This document shows positions 30,346 through 40,570 of a DNA stretch of 64,000 nucleotides, piece after piece. Made by a program: the position numbers and the translations under genes. Location of the stretch: positions 96,001 through 160,000 of the forward strand of contig CAXXMV010000008.1 in the NCBI GenBank assembly GCA_963662285.2, read 5' to 3'. Numbering within the stretch: position 1 is the first letter of the stretch; each line of letters begins with the position of its first letter. The notes under the pieces were generated by a model. The model searched no databases, was not told the DNA's origin, and was given only the letters and a program-made list of their open reading frames with translations. The DNA is from a bacterium (GTDB lineage: Bacteria > Hinthialibacterota > Hinthialibacteria > Hinthialibacterales > Hinthialibacteraceae).

Positions 30346-33300
30346 GTGCAAAACAGCCGTTGGCGTAGTTTACGTTGGATACATCGTCTCTATAGAAAAC
30401 ATATTATCCGGCGATTTATTGGTTTCATCAGCCTGGGCGCCGCTTTAGGCGTTCTGGCATTTCAATTATTGCTGCTCGCCGCAAGCATGTTTAATTTAAA
30501 GCATGGCGGCGTAAATGTTTTATTTACAACTATTTGCGTGGTTATGTTATGGTTTATCATCCAGTATCTGCGTGGATGGGGATCAGAAGGTTTCCTGATA
30601 AAGACATTTTTCAAGAACCTTGAGAAAGAAAATTCCGACATAGCCAACCGGGCGTCGCTGCTGGTTTATACAGAAACGCAACCTGAAGAGATTGAACGTC
30701 TGGGCTACTCAAAAGAATTGATAGATCAAGATGATAAATGGCTCGATCAGTATATTTCATCCAGCATCAAGCATAGCGCCAGCGCCATTCCGATTGCCAG
30801 CCTGATTGTACTTGGTTTAGTATTACTACCATCAATTGCTTTATGGCGTATTAATCCTGGATTGGTCCAAGGGCAATTATCAACAATTTCTGATGAACTA
30901 TGGATCAGTAACACGCCGCAATTAACTGCATCTATATCAACAGCTAACCATGTCTCAGCCGCACGGGGCGCTGCCACGGCGCTTAGAGCGGACTGGATCA
31001 ATCCTGATTTATCATTGGATGCATCGATCCATTTCCGCACCCGCAACACCTGGAACAAACAACCAGTTCACTTTGAAGGAAACCAACTGGTATTCCGCAT
31101 TCCCTCAGTGAACCGCGCAATGGAGTACTACTTCTCAGCGGGAAACATTCTTTCAAATAAAGGCATCCTGACTCCTATCGATCCACCGGCCATTGCCAGC
31201 GGTGAAATAATCATTACGCCTCCTGTATATACCGGCTTGAAAGTAGAGACTTTAGATAGATTAAGGCCGGCATCATTTCCGGAAGGAAGCAAACTGACAA
31301 TTACCGCTGAAGCCACTACCAAACTTGCTTCAGCCACGGTTTTTTACAACGATAAGCCTTATAAAACGTTATTTGACCAATACGCAGTCTTTTCATCCCT
31401 GATTATTGAGGAATCAGGAGACTTGTATTTTCTGTTGGAAGATGAAAATGGTTTGAAGAATAAAAGCCCCAAATATAGAATGACGGCTATTGAGGATGCG
31501 ACGCCTACCCTGGATGTATCCAGTCCAAAAACCATCTCAATTATGCCCAACAATTTTCAGTTAACAGTAAAACTGCACGCTCAAGATGATTATATTCTGC
31601 AACTACTACATAAACACATCAAAATCAATGGAGAAAAAACAGAAAATTCTTCGTATCTGGTGTGGGAGAATAAAGCGATAAAATCAGCCGCCGGAGTAGT
31701 CTATGAAGTTACCTCCGATCTATTTGTGACTTATGATTGGAGTCTGCTGGATTACAAACTCTTCCCCGGGGATGAGATAAGTTTCTCCCTGGAAGTATGG
31801 GATAACGATGTCATACATGGCCCCAAATCCGCCCGTTCGCAAACCTTTACCGTCAAATATCCTACCCTGGTTGACCTGTTATCCCAATTGGATCAACAGG
31901 AAGAATCTCAGATCACTGATTTAAGCGAACTGGTTGAAGAGCAGACTAAGATTACTGAGGAAGCGCGCAAGACGCTCGAGAAAATTGCTGAAAAAATGGA
32001 ACAGCGCGATATGGAACCGGGCGATGAAGATCAATCTACCTGGATGGAAGAAAAAGAACTTGAATCAATTAAAGATAAACAACAGGAATTGATCGATAAA
32101 GCCAGTAAGATCGAAAAAGAGCTGGAAGAATACCGCGAACAAGCCGAAAAAGCGCTCGAAGAACAACCCGAAAACCAACAGGGCTTTTCGCCTGAAACGC
32201 TTGAAAAAATTGAGAAGATTCAACAGTTAATGAGTCAACTGCTGGATGAAAACAGCCGCAACTTGATGGAAAAAATCGACCAGACCGTCGAGCAGTTATC
32301 CCAGCAGATCACCGATGAACAACTTCAGGAATTAAACTTTTCCTTTGAGGATTTCGAACAACAACTGGAGAGGACGCTATCCACCCTGGAGGATGCTTTT
32401 GAAACGCGCAAACTGGAAGGTCTTCAGCAAATGAGCCAGGAACTGGCGGAGCGTCAGGAAAAACTCCAGAGCGAAACAGAACAATTAGCCCAAGATATGG
32501 AGCAACTGGAGAAGGATAAGCAATCAGCCAATGGCGAAGACATGGCAGCCAGGGAACAGGCGTTGGAATCGCAAAAGAAACTACTTGAACAACGGCAAAA
32601 CCAAATTGAGGAAGATGTGAAAAGTCTGCTCAACTCTATGAAAGAGCGCGAGAAAGCACTGGAAGAATCTCATCCTGAAATAGCCCAAAAAATGGATTCC
32701 ATGCAACAGGAGATGCAGGAACAGGGATTGCAAAGCGAACTGTCTAAAGCATCACAAAAAATGCAATCCAGTGAAATGCAACAGGCGCAGCAGCATCAAA
32801 AAAACGCCAAAAAGCAGTTGCAATCACTCGCTCAGCAATTCGAGGAAGAAATGTTCAATATGGGCGGCATGAATATGCAAGCCGATACCCAGGCGCTGTC
32901 GCGTTTAGTATTTCAAGGTCTTTTTCTATCCGAACAGATGGAGTCGCTCACTGAATCTTCACTGGGACGCAGTGAAGCATTGGGCGCCCTGCGACGCGCT
33001 CAAGTTTTCAACCGGGAATTGGCCCGAATTGATGATTCATGGCGGGAAATCGCCAAAACCAATCCCTTCATGAACCGGGAAGCTGAAGTTTCTTTAGGTA
33101 ATAGCGCAGAACGCTTGAACCATGCCATAGCCGCCGGACAAGGCGAGAAGTGGATCGGACTGCATGAGACGCGCAGCGCCATGAATGCGCTCAATCAAGC
33201 CATTTATCAGATGATGCAGGATATGCAGAACATGCAGCAGCAGATGGATCAGTCTCAGTCGCAAGGGCTTCAACAACAGATGCAGCAGATGATTTCCCAG

Positions 33301-33798
33301 CAGCAGAGTCTGCAGCAAATGCTAAAGCAGATGCAGCAGATGGGCGAGAATGGTCAACAGATGATGGAGAAGTTGCAGCAAATGGCCAAGGAGCAGGCCC
33401 GCATCCGTAAGGAAATCGAAAAGATGATGCAGCGCAATCGTCACGCCAAACAACTTAAAAACCAACTGGACGGCATCTATCAGGAGATGAAAGAGGTAGA
33501 AAAACTGCTCGAAGAAGGCCTTAACAATGAACAGGTCGAAGAGAAGCAAAAGAAGATCATGACCCGCATGCTGGAAGCCGGGACCATGCAGGAAGAAGAT
33601 GATTACGGCGAAGAACGTGAAGAGGAAGTCGCCGAAACCGGACTGGACGCCAAGTCTCCTGAATTAACCGAACCGGTATCACTGCCTGATAAGATTGACC
33701 GTTATATCGAACGGCCTCCGATTGAGTCAATTCCGTTTCCATACCGTGAAGCTTTGAAGAAATATTACATCCGCTTATCGGAGAAGTTGATTCCATAG
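30346..33798 (+). CDS. DUF4175-like membrane-anchored coiled-coil protein
   Basis: N-terminal TMs, PPVYTG, DDY and PGD...WDND..GP motifs; long Q/E-rich coiled coils; C-terminal P.YR...K.YY. Confidence 0.8.
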   Translation: MQNSRWRSLRWIHRLYRKHIIRRFIGFISLGAALGVLAFQLLLLAASMFNLKHGGVNVLFTTICVVMLWFIIQYLRGWGSEGFLIKTFFKNLEKENSDIANRASLLVYTETQPEEIERLGYSKELIDQDDKWLDQYISSSIKHSASAIPIASLIVLGLVLLPSIALWRINPGLVQGQLSTISDELWISNTPQLTASISTANHVSAARGAATALRADWINPDLSLDASIHFRTRNTWNKQPVHFEGNQLVFRIPSVNRAMEYYFSAGNILSNKGILTPIDPPAIASGEIIITPPVYTGLKVETLDRLRPASFPEGSKLTITAEATTKLASATVFYNDKPYKTLFDQYAVFSSLIIEESGDLYFLLEDENGLKNKSPKYRMTAIEDATPTLDVSSPKTISIMPNNFQLTVKLHAQDDYILQLLHKHIKINGEKTENSSYLVWENKAIKSAAGVVYEVTSDLFVTYDWSLLDYKLFPGDEISFSLEVWDNDVIHGPKSARSQTFTVKYPTLVDLLSQLDQQEESQITDLSELVEEQTKITEEARKTLEKIAEKMEQRDMEPGDEDQSTWMEEKELESIKDKQQELIDKASKIEKELEEYREQAEKALEEQPENQQGFSPETLEKIEKIQQLMSQLLDENSRNLMEKIDQTVEQLSQQITDEQLQELNFSFEDFEQQLERTLSTLEDAFETRKLEGLQQMSQELAERQEKLQSETEQLAQDMEQLEKDKQSANGEDMAAREQALESQKKLLEQRQNQIEEDVKSLLNSMKEREKALEESHPEIAQKMDSMQQEMQEQGLQSELSKASQKMQSSEMQQAQQHQKNAKKQLQSLAQQFEEEMFNMGGMNMQADTQALSRLVFQGLFLSEQMESLTESSLGRSEALGALRRAQVFNRELARIDDSWREIAKTNPFMNREAEVSLGNSAERLNHAIAAGQGEKWIGLHETRSAMNALNQAIYQMMQDMQNMQQQMDQSQSQGLQQQMQQMISQQQSLQQMLKQMQQMGENGQQMMEKLQQMAKEQARIRKEIEKMMQRNRHAKQLKNQLDGIYQEMKEVEKLLEEGLNNEQVEEKQKKIMTRMLEAGTMQEEDDYGEEREEEVAETGLDAKSPELTEPVSLPDKIDRYIERPPIESIPFPYREALKKYYIRLSEKLIP

Positions 33799-33909
33799 GG
33801 GATTCATTGGTCATACGATGGGACACGCCGAAAAGGTGATTTTGAGGATGTAGTCTCTTTTGCTTTGTCCAACTTTTTATCTACATGTTTGTTTAATCGT
33901 AAGTGGCTT

Positions 33910-33942
33910 TCAAGGGTAGAAAGTACACTACCCTTGCCACCC
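33910..33942 (-). repeat. REP family 1, type A, downstream of RAYT
   Basis: Minus strand GGGTGG-CAAGGGTAG-TGTACTTT-CTACCCTTG-A; a truncated inverted end GGGTGCCA lies at 33951-33958. Confidence 0.92.
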
Positions 33943-33975
33943 GACCTGCTGGGTGCCATTGATTGAATCCCCTAT

Positions 33976-34536
33976 TCATTTCCAAAATTCCCACCAACGA
34001 TCCACTCTAAAAACAGAATCGTCATTAAATTCATAGTTCCGGTAACTGGAGAATATCCAATCTTCAGGGGAAGAAACAAGATTCCTTCTAACTGGATTCA
34101 TATGACAATAATTTAGTTTATCATGGAGTTTTTCAATAGAGAAAACATTGAAATCATAAAACCTGGGCAACCATAATTTGTGAATGTTCATTCCTTTATT
34201 GCGTAATATTTTTAACAATCGTTTTGAACTATGTAACTTTAACGCATGCATAACTGAAGAAATCCCAATGTTCTTTTGAGGCGCAATCAGAAAATGCGCA
34301 TGTTCTGGCATTAAAACATATCCCAAAACTAGAAATTCTTTTTGCATTCTCGCTTTGTTAATAGCTTCTACTACAATTTCACATGACCATTGTTTCGAAA
34401 AAAACGGTTTTTTATTATGGCATGATGTTGTAATAAAGTGGATATTACCAGGTTCATCAATCCTGATGGGGTGAATGATTGAGCGAAATTTATTATCTGT
34501 CTTTGAAGAATCATAGGTTTGATTACGTTTCTCCAT
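33976..34536 (-). CDS. REP-associated tyrosine transposase (RAYT/TnpA-REP, HUH Y1 family)
   Basis: HFITT, MPEHAH (HUH), W..RFYD and NY.H.NPV..LV..PEDW.FSS motifs; REP hairpins on both sides. Confidence 0.92.
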   Translation of the reverse strand: MEKRNQTYDSSKTDNKFRSIIHPIRIDEPGNIHFITTSCHNKKPFFSKQWSCEIVVEAINKARMQKEFLVLGYVLMPEHAHFLIAPQKNIGISSVMHALKLHSSKRLLKILRNKGMNIHKLWLPRFYDFNVFSIEKLHDKLNYCHMNPVRRNLVSSPEDWIFSSYRNYEFNDDSVFRVDRWWEFWK

Positions 34537-34545
34537 AGTTTTCAG

Positions 34546-34578
34546 TCAAGGGTAGAAAGGACACTACCCTTGGCACCC
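34546..34578 (-). repeat. REP family 1, type A, upstream of RAYT
   Basis: Minus strand GGGTGC-CAAGGGTAG-TGTCCTTT-CTACCCTTG-A, ending 9 nt before the RAYT ATG. Confidence 0.92.
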
Positions 34579-34686
34579 CTTTCTTTTTCACATTGTTATA
34601 ATAAATTTCAAACTATCATAACAGGTCATTCGGGGATAATATTTAATCACTCTGTCCATAAACTAGGCGCCCGTTTATCTATTAGA

Positions 34687-37359
34687 TTATAATTCCCCGC
34701 AATCACCAACTTCGGCGTCTTTGAGAAATACAATCTTATACCATAAAACCTTTGGATCATTCATAAGATTGATCACTAGATCGCCGTTTTGGGTATGAAC
34801 TACGTTGTCAAGTTCTTTTTCAGGTTCAGCAACATTATTCAGGGCGAATATTCTGGCGCCGGTATTGGTGTAGAATGGATTACCGGATGCAGCAATTGTA
34901 AGACGCAGCGGGATCGGTTCAACTAAAGGCGGTCCTTCTCCCCAATTGTTTCCAACTGAAGTTTTCTCTTCATCTTTCCAGATCATGCCTTGATTTTCAT
35001 GATATCCTGTAGCGGCCAGAAGCCAGACATAACCTTCATCTCTCTCTTCAATATAAGTCAGAAGAACATTAGCCCAGTTCTGTATAGTTTCTCCAACTTC
35101 AAGTTGCATTCCATGACCAAGATCAAAGGGTGAGTCCTTTACGAATCCCGTGATTCCTTTGGTCTTTGCAGCGCGGTAAAGTACATGAGAATTTGATTCG
35201 GAATCTTGATTCCATAGCAATTCCCCAGTATCAGAGGCCATATTACGCCGTGTGGTTTGATAATCAGGATTACTTGTTTCCTGCGGCGCATCGCTGATGC
35301 GAAGGGCTGTTTTGTGTTGATAAGAGGCCGCCGCATCAATCCCCATATCCATCATAGGACGAAAACCCAAATTACCGTTATTGTTAAACAGCTGGTCGTT
35401 ATATTGGCTCTTGGATATAGTGGCGGTTACGGTTTCTCGCCCAGCTGCGATATCACCACGCACGAACATGTTAAAGGCGGCGGGCATAGCCATCATTTTG
35501 GGAGTGTGACCATATATATCAAAAAAATTATTGATGGATTTTCTCTCATAGTCATTGCCATGACTGTATGAATATAAGAAGATGCCATCCCAATCCTGAA
35601 AGGCGGCGTAAGCGGCCAACAGGGGAATTGCTTCCGAAGAATAGGTCATAGGCGCCGGGTGATTGTATTCAGTGCATGTGTAGGGCTGTCCCGCGACGCG
35701 CGACATCATCAAACGCTCAAGGGTATTGTTTTCCGCACTGACCATTGAAACGTTGTTGACATACCAATCTATGGAATCCCAGGATTTATTGGGAAAACGG
35801 GGATGCTGCCAGTAGCCGTGAATATCGATAAAATCGTTTTCCAATTGCGATGCAACAGAACCGAAATTCAACTGAGTACCAGCGATCATCGATTTCAGTT
35901 TAAGATCATTTTTTAGATACTGATTCATATCACGGTAATATTCAGATTCACGCTGCACCAGGAAATCAATCCAGTCTCGTTTCTTGGCAATAGAGTTTTC
36001 CCCGAAAGATTTCCTGGATACCCATGCAATGTTTTTTGACTGAATATCCTGACCTTGCGGTAGTCCATCAGGACTGCTGGAGATCATACTTAGATCAGAT
36101 ACCCATAAAGTCCCTAATTTGTTGCCTAAGCCGCTTATACTCAACCGGGCGTTACTATCATCCTGCGACGGCGTAAATGCAAACTCATAGGTCTTCCATT
36201 GATCGGTAATTTCTACAGTTGCAGTGGAATCAAGGTTTTCCCAGGGATCATGGTTCATTTTTATTCCAACGCTGACGGTTCTCGCTGGTTCAGCCCGCAG
36301 ACGCATGGATACTTTATAGAATCCGCCATTTTGCAATGCCAGATTCTGATAATACATTTGTACATGCCAACTCTCCCGCCCTACTGCGGTGACATCCACT
36401 CTAATAGCATCCTGCCCCTCTGGACCTTCAGGAACAATCTTCCAGGTTCCCTTGCCTTGCTCTATCTGTTGAAATGTCCAGCCGTTAAGGCTGCGGGATA
36501 ATAATTCCTGACCGCCGCCCGGATTATCCGGCGCCCAGGCCTGGCGTAAACTTTCAGTGTCTTGGTATTTAGTCTTGAGATAATCATTCCAGTCATTTTG
36601 CAGCGGCTCAATATACTTGCCGGGCATTTTATCCAGATCAGAATTACTCCAGGCCCGTACCAATCCACTTTCGTTATTGATTTCAACTATAGCAACCGCT
36701 GGTTCGTCGACGTATTTATTTCCCGTGTATGGATTTAGGTGCGTCAGCAGGTCTCTGGCGTAATTCTTCTGTAATTCAATCATACGGGGGAAATAATGAT
36801 CGGGGCCTTTATCATAAGTAGGCAGTTTATCAACATCAGTAAAACCGTCTCCCTCAACCACTTCACGGCCAATTTTTAAGTTGATGTCGGCGTAGATGCC
36901 ATATTTCTTGAGCATATAAATAAAATAATCCATGCGGTCAAGGTTATCTGGATCGAGAGTTTGTTTATCCGGCGCGCCAGATTTCCAGATGCCCCGTGGA
37001 GCGCGGGATGTATCGGTATGATGGAAGCGGACGCAGTTGATGCCGTATTTAGCCATGCGTCCCGCCACGTATTCGGCCTGTTTGTGAGTGGGATAATTGC
37101 CGGAAAACGACGTGTTTACCCCTAAAAGACGAAGCCTTTTCCCTGCTCCATCGAAAAAATGTCCATCCAAAATATGCATAAAACCATCTTTGCCGGCGGG
37201 GATATCTCTGCCGTCCAAGTTCAATATACCGGGATCAGCAGTATTATTATCATTCCAGGGAAGAGAAAAAGGTATTAATTCTTTTGAGAAAACAGCATTA
37301 ATACCAATAAATAAAATAGTTATAATGTAAAACACTGTGTATTTTTTATAGAAAAACAT
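34687..37359 (-). CDS. Clan GH-A (GH5-like) glycoside hydrolase with inserted CBM4/9-like module
   Basis: GINCVRFHH, EINNE (acid/base), DIHGYWQHP and TEYN (nucleophile); internal W..Q....L..G..Y galactose-binding-like domain. Confidence 0.8.
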   Translation of the reverse strand: MFFYKKYTVFYIITILFIGINAVFSKELIPFSLPWNDNNTADPGILNLDGRDIPAGKDGFMHILDGHFFDGAGKRLRLLGVNTSFSGNYPTHKQAEYVAGRMAKYGINCVRFHHTDTSRAPRGIWKSGAPDKQTLDPDNLDRMDYFIYMLKKYGIYADINLKIGREVVEGDGFTDVDKLPTYDKGPDHYFPRMIELQKNYARDLLTHLNPYTGNKYVDEPAVAIVEINNESGLVRAWSNSDLDKMPGKYIEPLQNDWNDYLKTKYQDTESLRQAWAPDNPGGGQELLSRSLNGWTFQQIEQGKGTWKIVPEGPEGQDAIRVDVTAVGRESWHVQMYYQNLALQNGGFYKVSMRLRAEPARTVSVGIKMNHDPWENLDSTATVEITDQWKTYEFAFTPSQDDSNARLSISGLGNKLGTLWVSDLSMISSSPDGLPQGQDIQSKNIAWVSRKSFGENSIAKKRDWIDFLVQRESEYYRDMNQYLKNDLKLKSMIAGTQLNFGSVASQLENDFIDIHGYWQHPRFPNKSWDSIDWYVNNVSMVSAENNTLERLMMSRVAGQPYTCTEYNHPAPMTYSSEAIPLLAAYAAFQDWDGIFLYSYSHGNDYERKSINNFFDIYGHTPKMMAMPAAFNMFVRGDIAAGRETVTATISKSQYNDQLFNNNGNLGFRPMMDMGIDAAASYQHKTALRISDAPQETSNPDYQTTRRNMASDTGELLWNQDSESNSHVLYRAAKTKGITGFVKDSPFDLGHGMQLEVGETIQNWANVLLTYIEERDEGYVWLLAATGYHENQGMIWKDEEKTSVGNNWGEGPPLVEPIPLRLTIAASGNPFYTNTGARIFALNNVAEPEKELDNVVHTQNGDLVINLMNDPKVLWYKIVFLKDAEVGDCGEL

Positions 37360-37509
37360 GTAATATTCTCCTTAATGATTTATTTAGATTGGTTATTGGC
37401 AATTTTTCACTTATTTATATTTCATTTTAGTCTACTAGTATTGCCAAGCTAAAGGACACTCGCTAGTTTAACATCGGAATAAACTCACTGTTTCACAGGA
37501 GCAAACAAG

Positions 37510-37911
37510 ATGGTTCGAATGACTCGTAAACCGAAACAACCTGTATGCGTTTCAGAAGATTCATTTAGCAAGACAAAACAAGTATTCGAATTTCAATACC
37601 AGTATACGCCCGGAGTTCATTCCTCGTGGGATCCAAATACTGATATTTTCGAGACGGAAGATCATTACGTCATTCAGATTGAGGCGGCGGGATTAAACGA
37701 AGAATCGCTTAGTTTACACGCCGTAGAGAATCGTTTAGTGGTTAGCAGTGAACGCCGCAAAATGGTTGAAGAGCAAGTGATCCGATATCATCAATTAGAA
37801 ATCCAGTTCATGCCTTTTCAAAAAACAATCATTTTACCGGATAATATTGATGTTAAAAATGTAAATGCAAACTATCGCGAAGGCATGTTAATTATACACG
37901 TTGTCAAGTAG
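37510..37911 (+). CDS. Small heat shock protein (Hsp20/alpha-crystallin)
   Basis: P.TDIFET, F...I.LP and ANYREGML.I motifs. Confidence 0.88.
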   Translation: MVRMTRKPKQPVCVSEDSFSKTKQVFEFQYQYTPGVHSSWDPNTDIFETEDHYVIQIEAAGLNEESLSLHAVENRLVVSSERRKMVEEQVIRYHQLEIQFMPFQKTIILPDNIDVKNVNANYREGMLIIHVVK

Positions 37912-37931
37912 ATATAAAAAGGTAAATACAA

Positions 37932-40346
37932 ATGTCAGATAATATTGAAGAAAAAAGCGATGAGATTTCAATCCCGGAATGGCTTCCCATTGTTCCGCTT
38001 AATAACGCAGTTTTGTTTCCCGGAGCAACTGCGCCAATCGCAATAACCAATGCTGACGCAGTGCGTTCTGTTGAAAGCGCGGCCAAAGGTTCGCGCTTAT
38101 TCGCCGCCATCAGTATAAAAAAAGATCCGACTCCGGCGCAAAGAAAAAAATATAAGCATCTATACAGTATAGGCACGGTGGCCTTGATTCTGAGAATGAT
38201 GCATGGCGCCGAAGATGTGACTCAACTAGTGGTGCGCGGATTGCATAAAATACGCATTCTGGGCATCAAACAAAAGGATGGCATTTACCTGGCGCGGGTT
38301 GAAAACATTGAGGAAAAACCCAAGGAAAGCGCTACTATAGAAGCATTGACCAGGCAGGTTGCTGAACAGGCGGAAATGCTGATACAAAAAGCGCCCATGA
38401 TTCCCGATGATATTCAGGGATTGCCGTCCTCAATGCAAAATCCCCATCGCTTAAGTTACATGGTTCTAAGCCTTACCCGCTCGGATATGCACCGCTTGCA
38501 GGAAATTTATGAAGTACCTTCGCTCGAAAAGAAACTTAGATTAACCTTGAAAGAGATTGCTCACGAACAGGAAATTATCGATTTAGGCGGTAAAATCCAG
38601 GATCAGATTCAAACTAAATTATCCAAATCTGAACGGGAATACTACCTACGCGAACAGCTACAAGCCATACGAAAAGAACTGGGGGAAACCGACGACGAAA
38701 ACGCCGAAATCGATGAGATCCGGAAATTACTGGAAAATAAAGTCCTGCCCGGTAAAGTGCAGGAAAAAGCCGAATCCGAGTTAAAACGTCTATCCCGCAT
38801 GTCGATTAACTCACCGGAATTTCCCATGACGCGCAATTTCATGGATTGGCTGCTGGAGTTTCCATGGCTGGAAGAGACTGAAGATATCATCAACATTGCT
38901 ACAGCTGAAAGAATTTTGAACAAAGATCATTATAACCTTAAGAAAATTAAAGACCGCATCATCGAATTTCTGGCGGTGCGTCAGCTCAATCCCCATTTGA
39001 AAGGTCCGATCCTATGCTTTGTTGGTCCTCCGGGAGTGGGAAAAACCTCATTGGGACAATCTATCGCCCGTTCTTTAGGACGAAAATTCGTGCGGCTGTC
39101 TCTAGGCGGTATGCATGATGAAGCGGAAATCCGGGGACACCGCAGAACTTATATCGGCGCCTTGCCTGGCGCCATCGTCCAACAGATACGCCGGGCGGAA
39201 TCTATTAATCCAGTTTTTATGTTAGATGAGATTGATAAGATCGGACAGGATTTCAGAGGCGATCCATCATCGGCTTTGCTGGAAGTGCTTGATCCGGAAC
39301 AGAACCATTCATTCCGTGATAATTATATGGAACTGGATATTGACCTTTCAAAAGTTTTATTTATAGCTACGGCCAACACGCCGGATAGAATTCAACCGCC
39401 GCTGCTCGACCGTATGGAGATCATACGGCTGGCTGGATATACCACCCAGGAAAAAGAACAAATCGCCAAGCGGTATCTCGTTCCCCGCTCTGTTAAGAAT
39501 AATGGATTATTGAAAACCGACTTCGATTTCGGGGTTGGCGCCTTGGAATTTCTGATTCGTGGATATACCCGCGAAGCTGGAGTGCGAAATCTCGAACGCG
39601 AGATTCAGGCGGTATGCAGAAAAATTGCTGTTCGCAAAACCAAAAACACCTGGAGAAAAGGCAAGGTTACTCCCGCCAAGATCCGGGAATTCCTTGGCGG
39701 CGAACGTTTCCAGGACGAAATAAGGCGACGCACCGCCACTCCCGGCGTTGCCACTGGATTGGCTTGGACCTCAGTGGGCGGTGAAATTCTCTTCATTGAA
39801 GCCCTGCCTATTCCCGGAGGTAAAGGGATTCAACTAACCGGCCAACTGGGTGATGTAATGAAAGAATCAGCTCACGCTGCTCTCTCTGTTATAAAATCAC
39901 GCGCCAATATCTTGGGCATAAAAGAAGATTTCTTCAAAGACAATGAAATTCATCTTCATGTACCAGCTGGCGCCGTGCCCAAAGACGGTCCATCAGCTGG
40001 CGTAACTATAGCCACGGCAATTGCTTCATCCGCCTTAGGAGCGCCGGTGCGAAATGACGTCGCCATGACCGGAGAGATTACTCTAACCGGACAAGTATTA
40101 CCCGTCGGAGGCATAAAAGAGAAAATTATTGCGGCGCATCGCTCTGGAATTAAAATTATAGTGCTTCCCGCCAGATGCAAGAATGATCTGGAAGAGGTTG
40201 ATAAATCAATCCGAAAAGACATGATATTCCATTTCGCCAATACGATTGATGATGTTTTGAAAATTACTTTGAAGAATGATTCAATTCAATCCAAGGCCAA
40301 AAGGAAAACAACTACAAGAAAGAAAATTACCACAAGCAAAAGTTAA
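37932..40346 (+). CDS. lon: ATP-dependent Lon protease
   Basis: GPPGVGKTS, RGHRRTYIGA, LDEIDK, PKDGPSAG and PVGGIKEK motifs. Confidence 0.97.
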   Translation: MSDNIEEKSDEISIPEWLPIVPLNNAVLFPGATAPIAITNADAVRSVESAAKGSRLFAAISIKKDPTPAQRKKYKHLYSIGTVALILRMMHGAEDVTQLVVRGLHKIRILGIKQKDGIYLARVENIEEKPKESATIEALTRQVAEQAEMLIQKAPMIPDDIQGLPSSMQNPHRLSYMVLSLTRSDMHRLQEIYEVPSLEKKLRLTLKEIAHEQEIIDLGGKIQDQIQTKLSKSEREYYLREQLQAIRKELGETDDENAEIDEIRKLLENKVLPGKVQEKAESELKRLSRMSINSPEFPMTRNFMDWLLEFPWLEETEDIINIATAERILNKDHYNLKKIKDRIIEFLAVRQLNPHLKGPILCFVGPPGVGKTSLGQSIARSLGRKFVRLSLGGMHDEAEIRGHRRTYIGALPGAIVQQIRRAESINPVFMLDEIDKIGQDFRGDPSSALLEVLDPEQNHSFRDNYMELDIDLSKVLFIATANTPDRIQPPLLDRMEIIRLAGYTTQEKEQIAKRYLVPRSVKNNGLLKTDFDFGVGALEFLIRGYTREAGVRNLEREIQAVCRKIAVRKTKNTWRKGKVTPAKIREFLGGERFQDEIRRRTATPGVATGLAWTSVGGEILFIEALPIPGGKGIQLTGQLGDVMKESAHAALSVIKSRANILGIKEDFFKDNEIHLHVPAGAVPKDGPSAGVTIATAIASSALGAPVRNDVAMTGEITLTGQVLPVGGIKEKIIAAHRSGIKIIVLPARCKNDLEEVDKSIRKDMIFHFANTIDDVLKITLKNDSIQSKAKRKTTTRKKITTSKS

Positions 40347-40372
40347 ACTGCGTCTGTTACATGCTTCAAAAC

Positions 40373-40419
40373 GAGCGCCAAGGGCAGTGTCCCCCAAAAA
40401 AACACTACCCTTGGCGCCC
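40373..40419. repeat. Collapsed REP family 1 doublet (two 5' halves head to head)
   Basis: GAGCGCCAAGGGCAGTGT-CCCCCAAAAAA-ACACTACCCTTGGCGCCC. Confidence 0.8.
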
Positions 40420-40570
40420 AATTGCGGATTCGGGTATAGGCGAAATTCAAAAAATCACCATTCCAACACCTCAAAATCACTGGCGCCTACTATAATGCTT
40501 ACAATAACACCGTTACCTAAGAAATACGAATACGTATAAACACAAGTAAATATTACTGGAGGTTTTTTTC

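Noticed and set aside
33190-33400. CAG/ATG-rich low-complexity stretch as a DNA repeat
   Set aside because: Encodes the Q/M-rich coiled coil expected in DUF4175-like proteins.
37396-37460. CIRCE element upstream of hsp20-lon
   Set aside because: Only TTGGCAAT...ATTGCCAA with a 36 bp gap and a partial CACTC; does not fit the CIRCE consensus.
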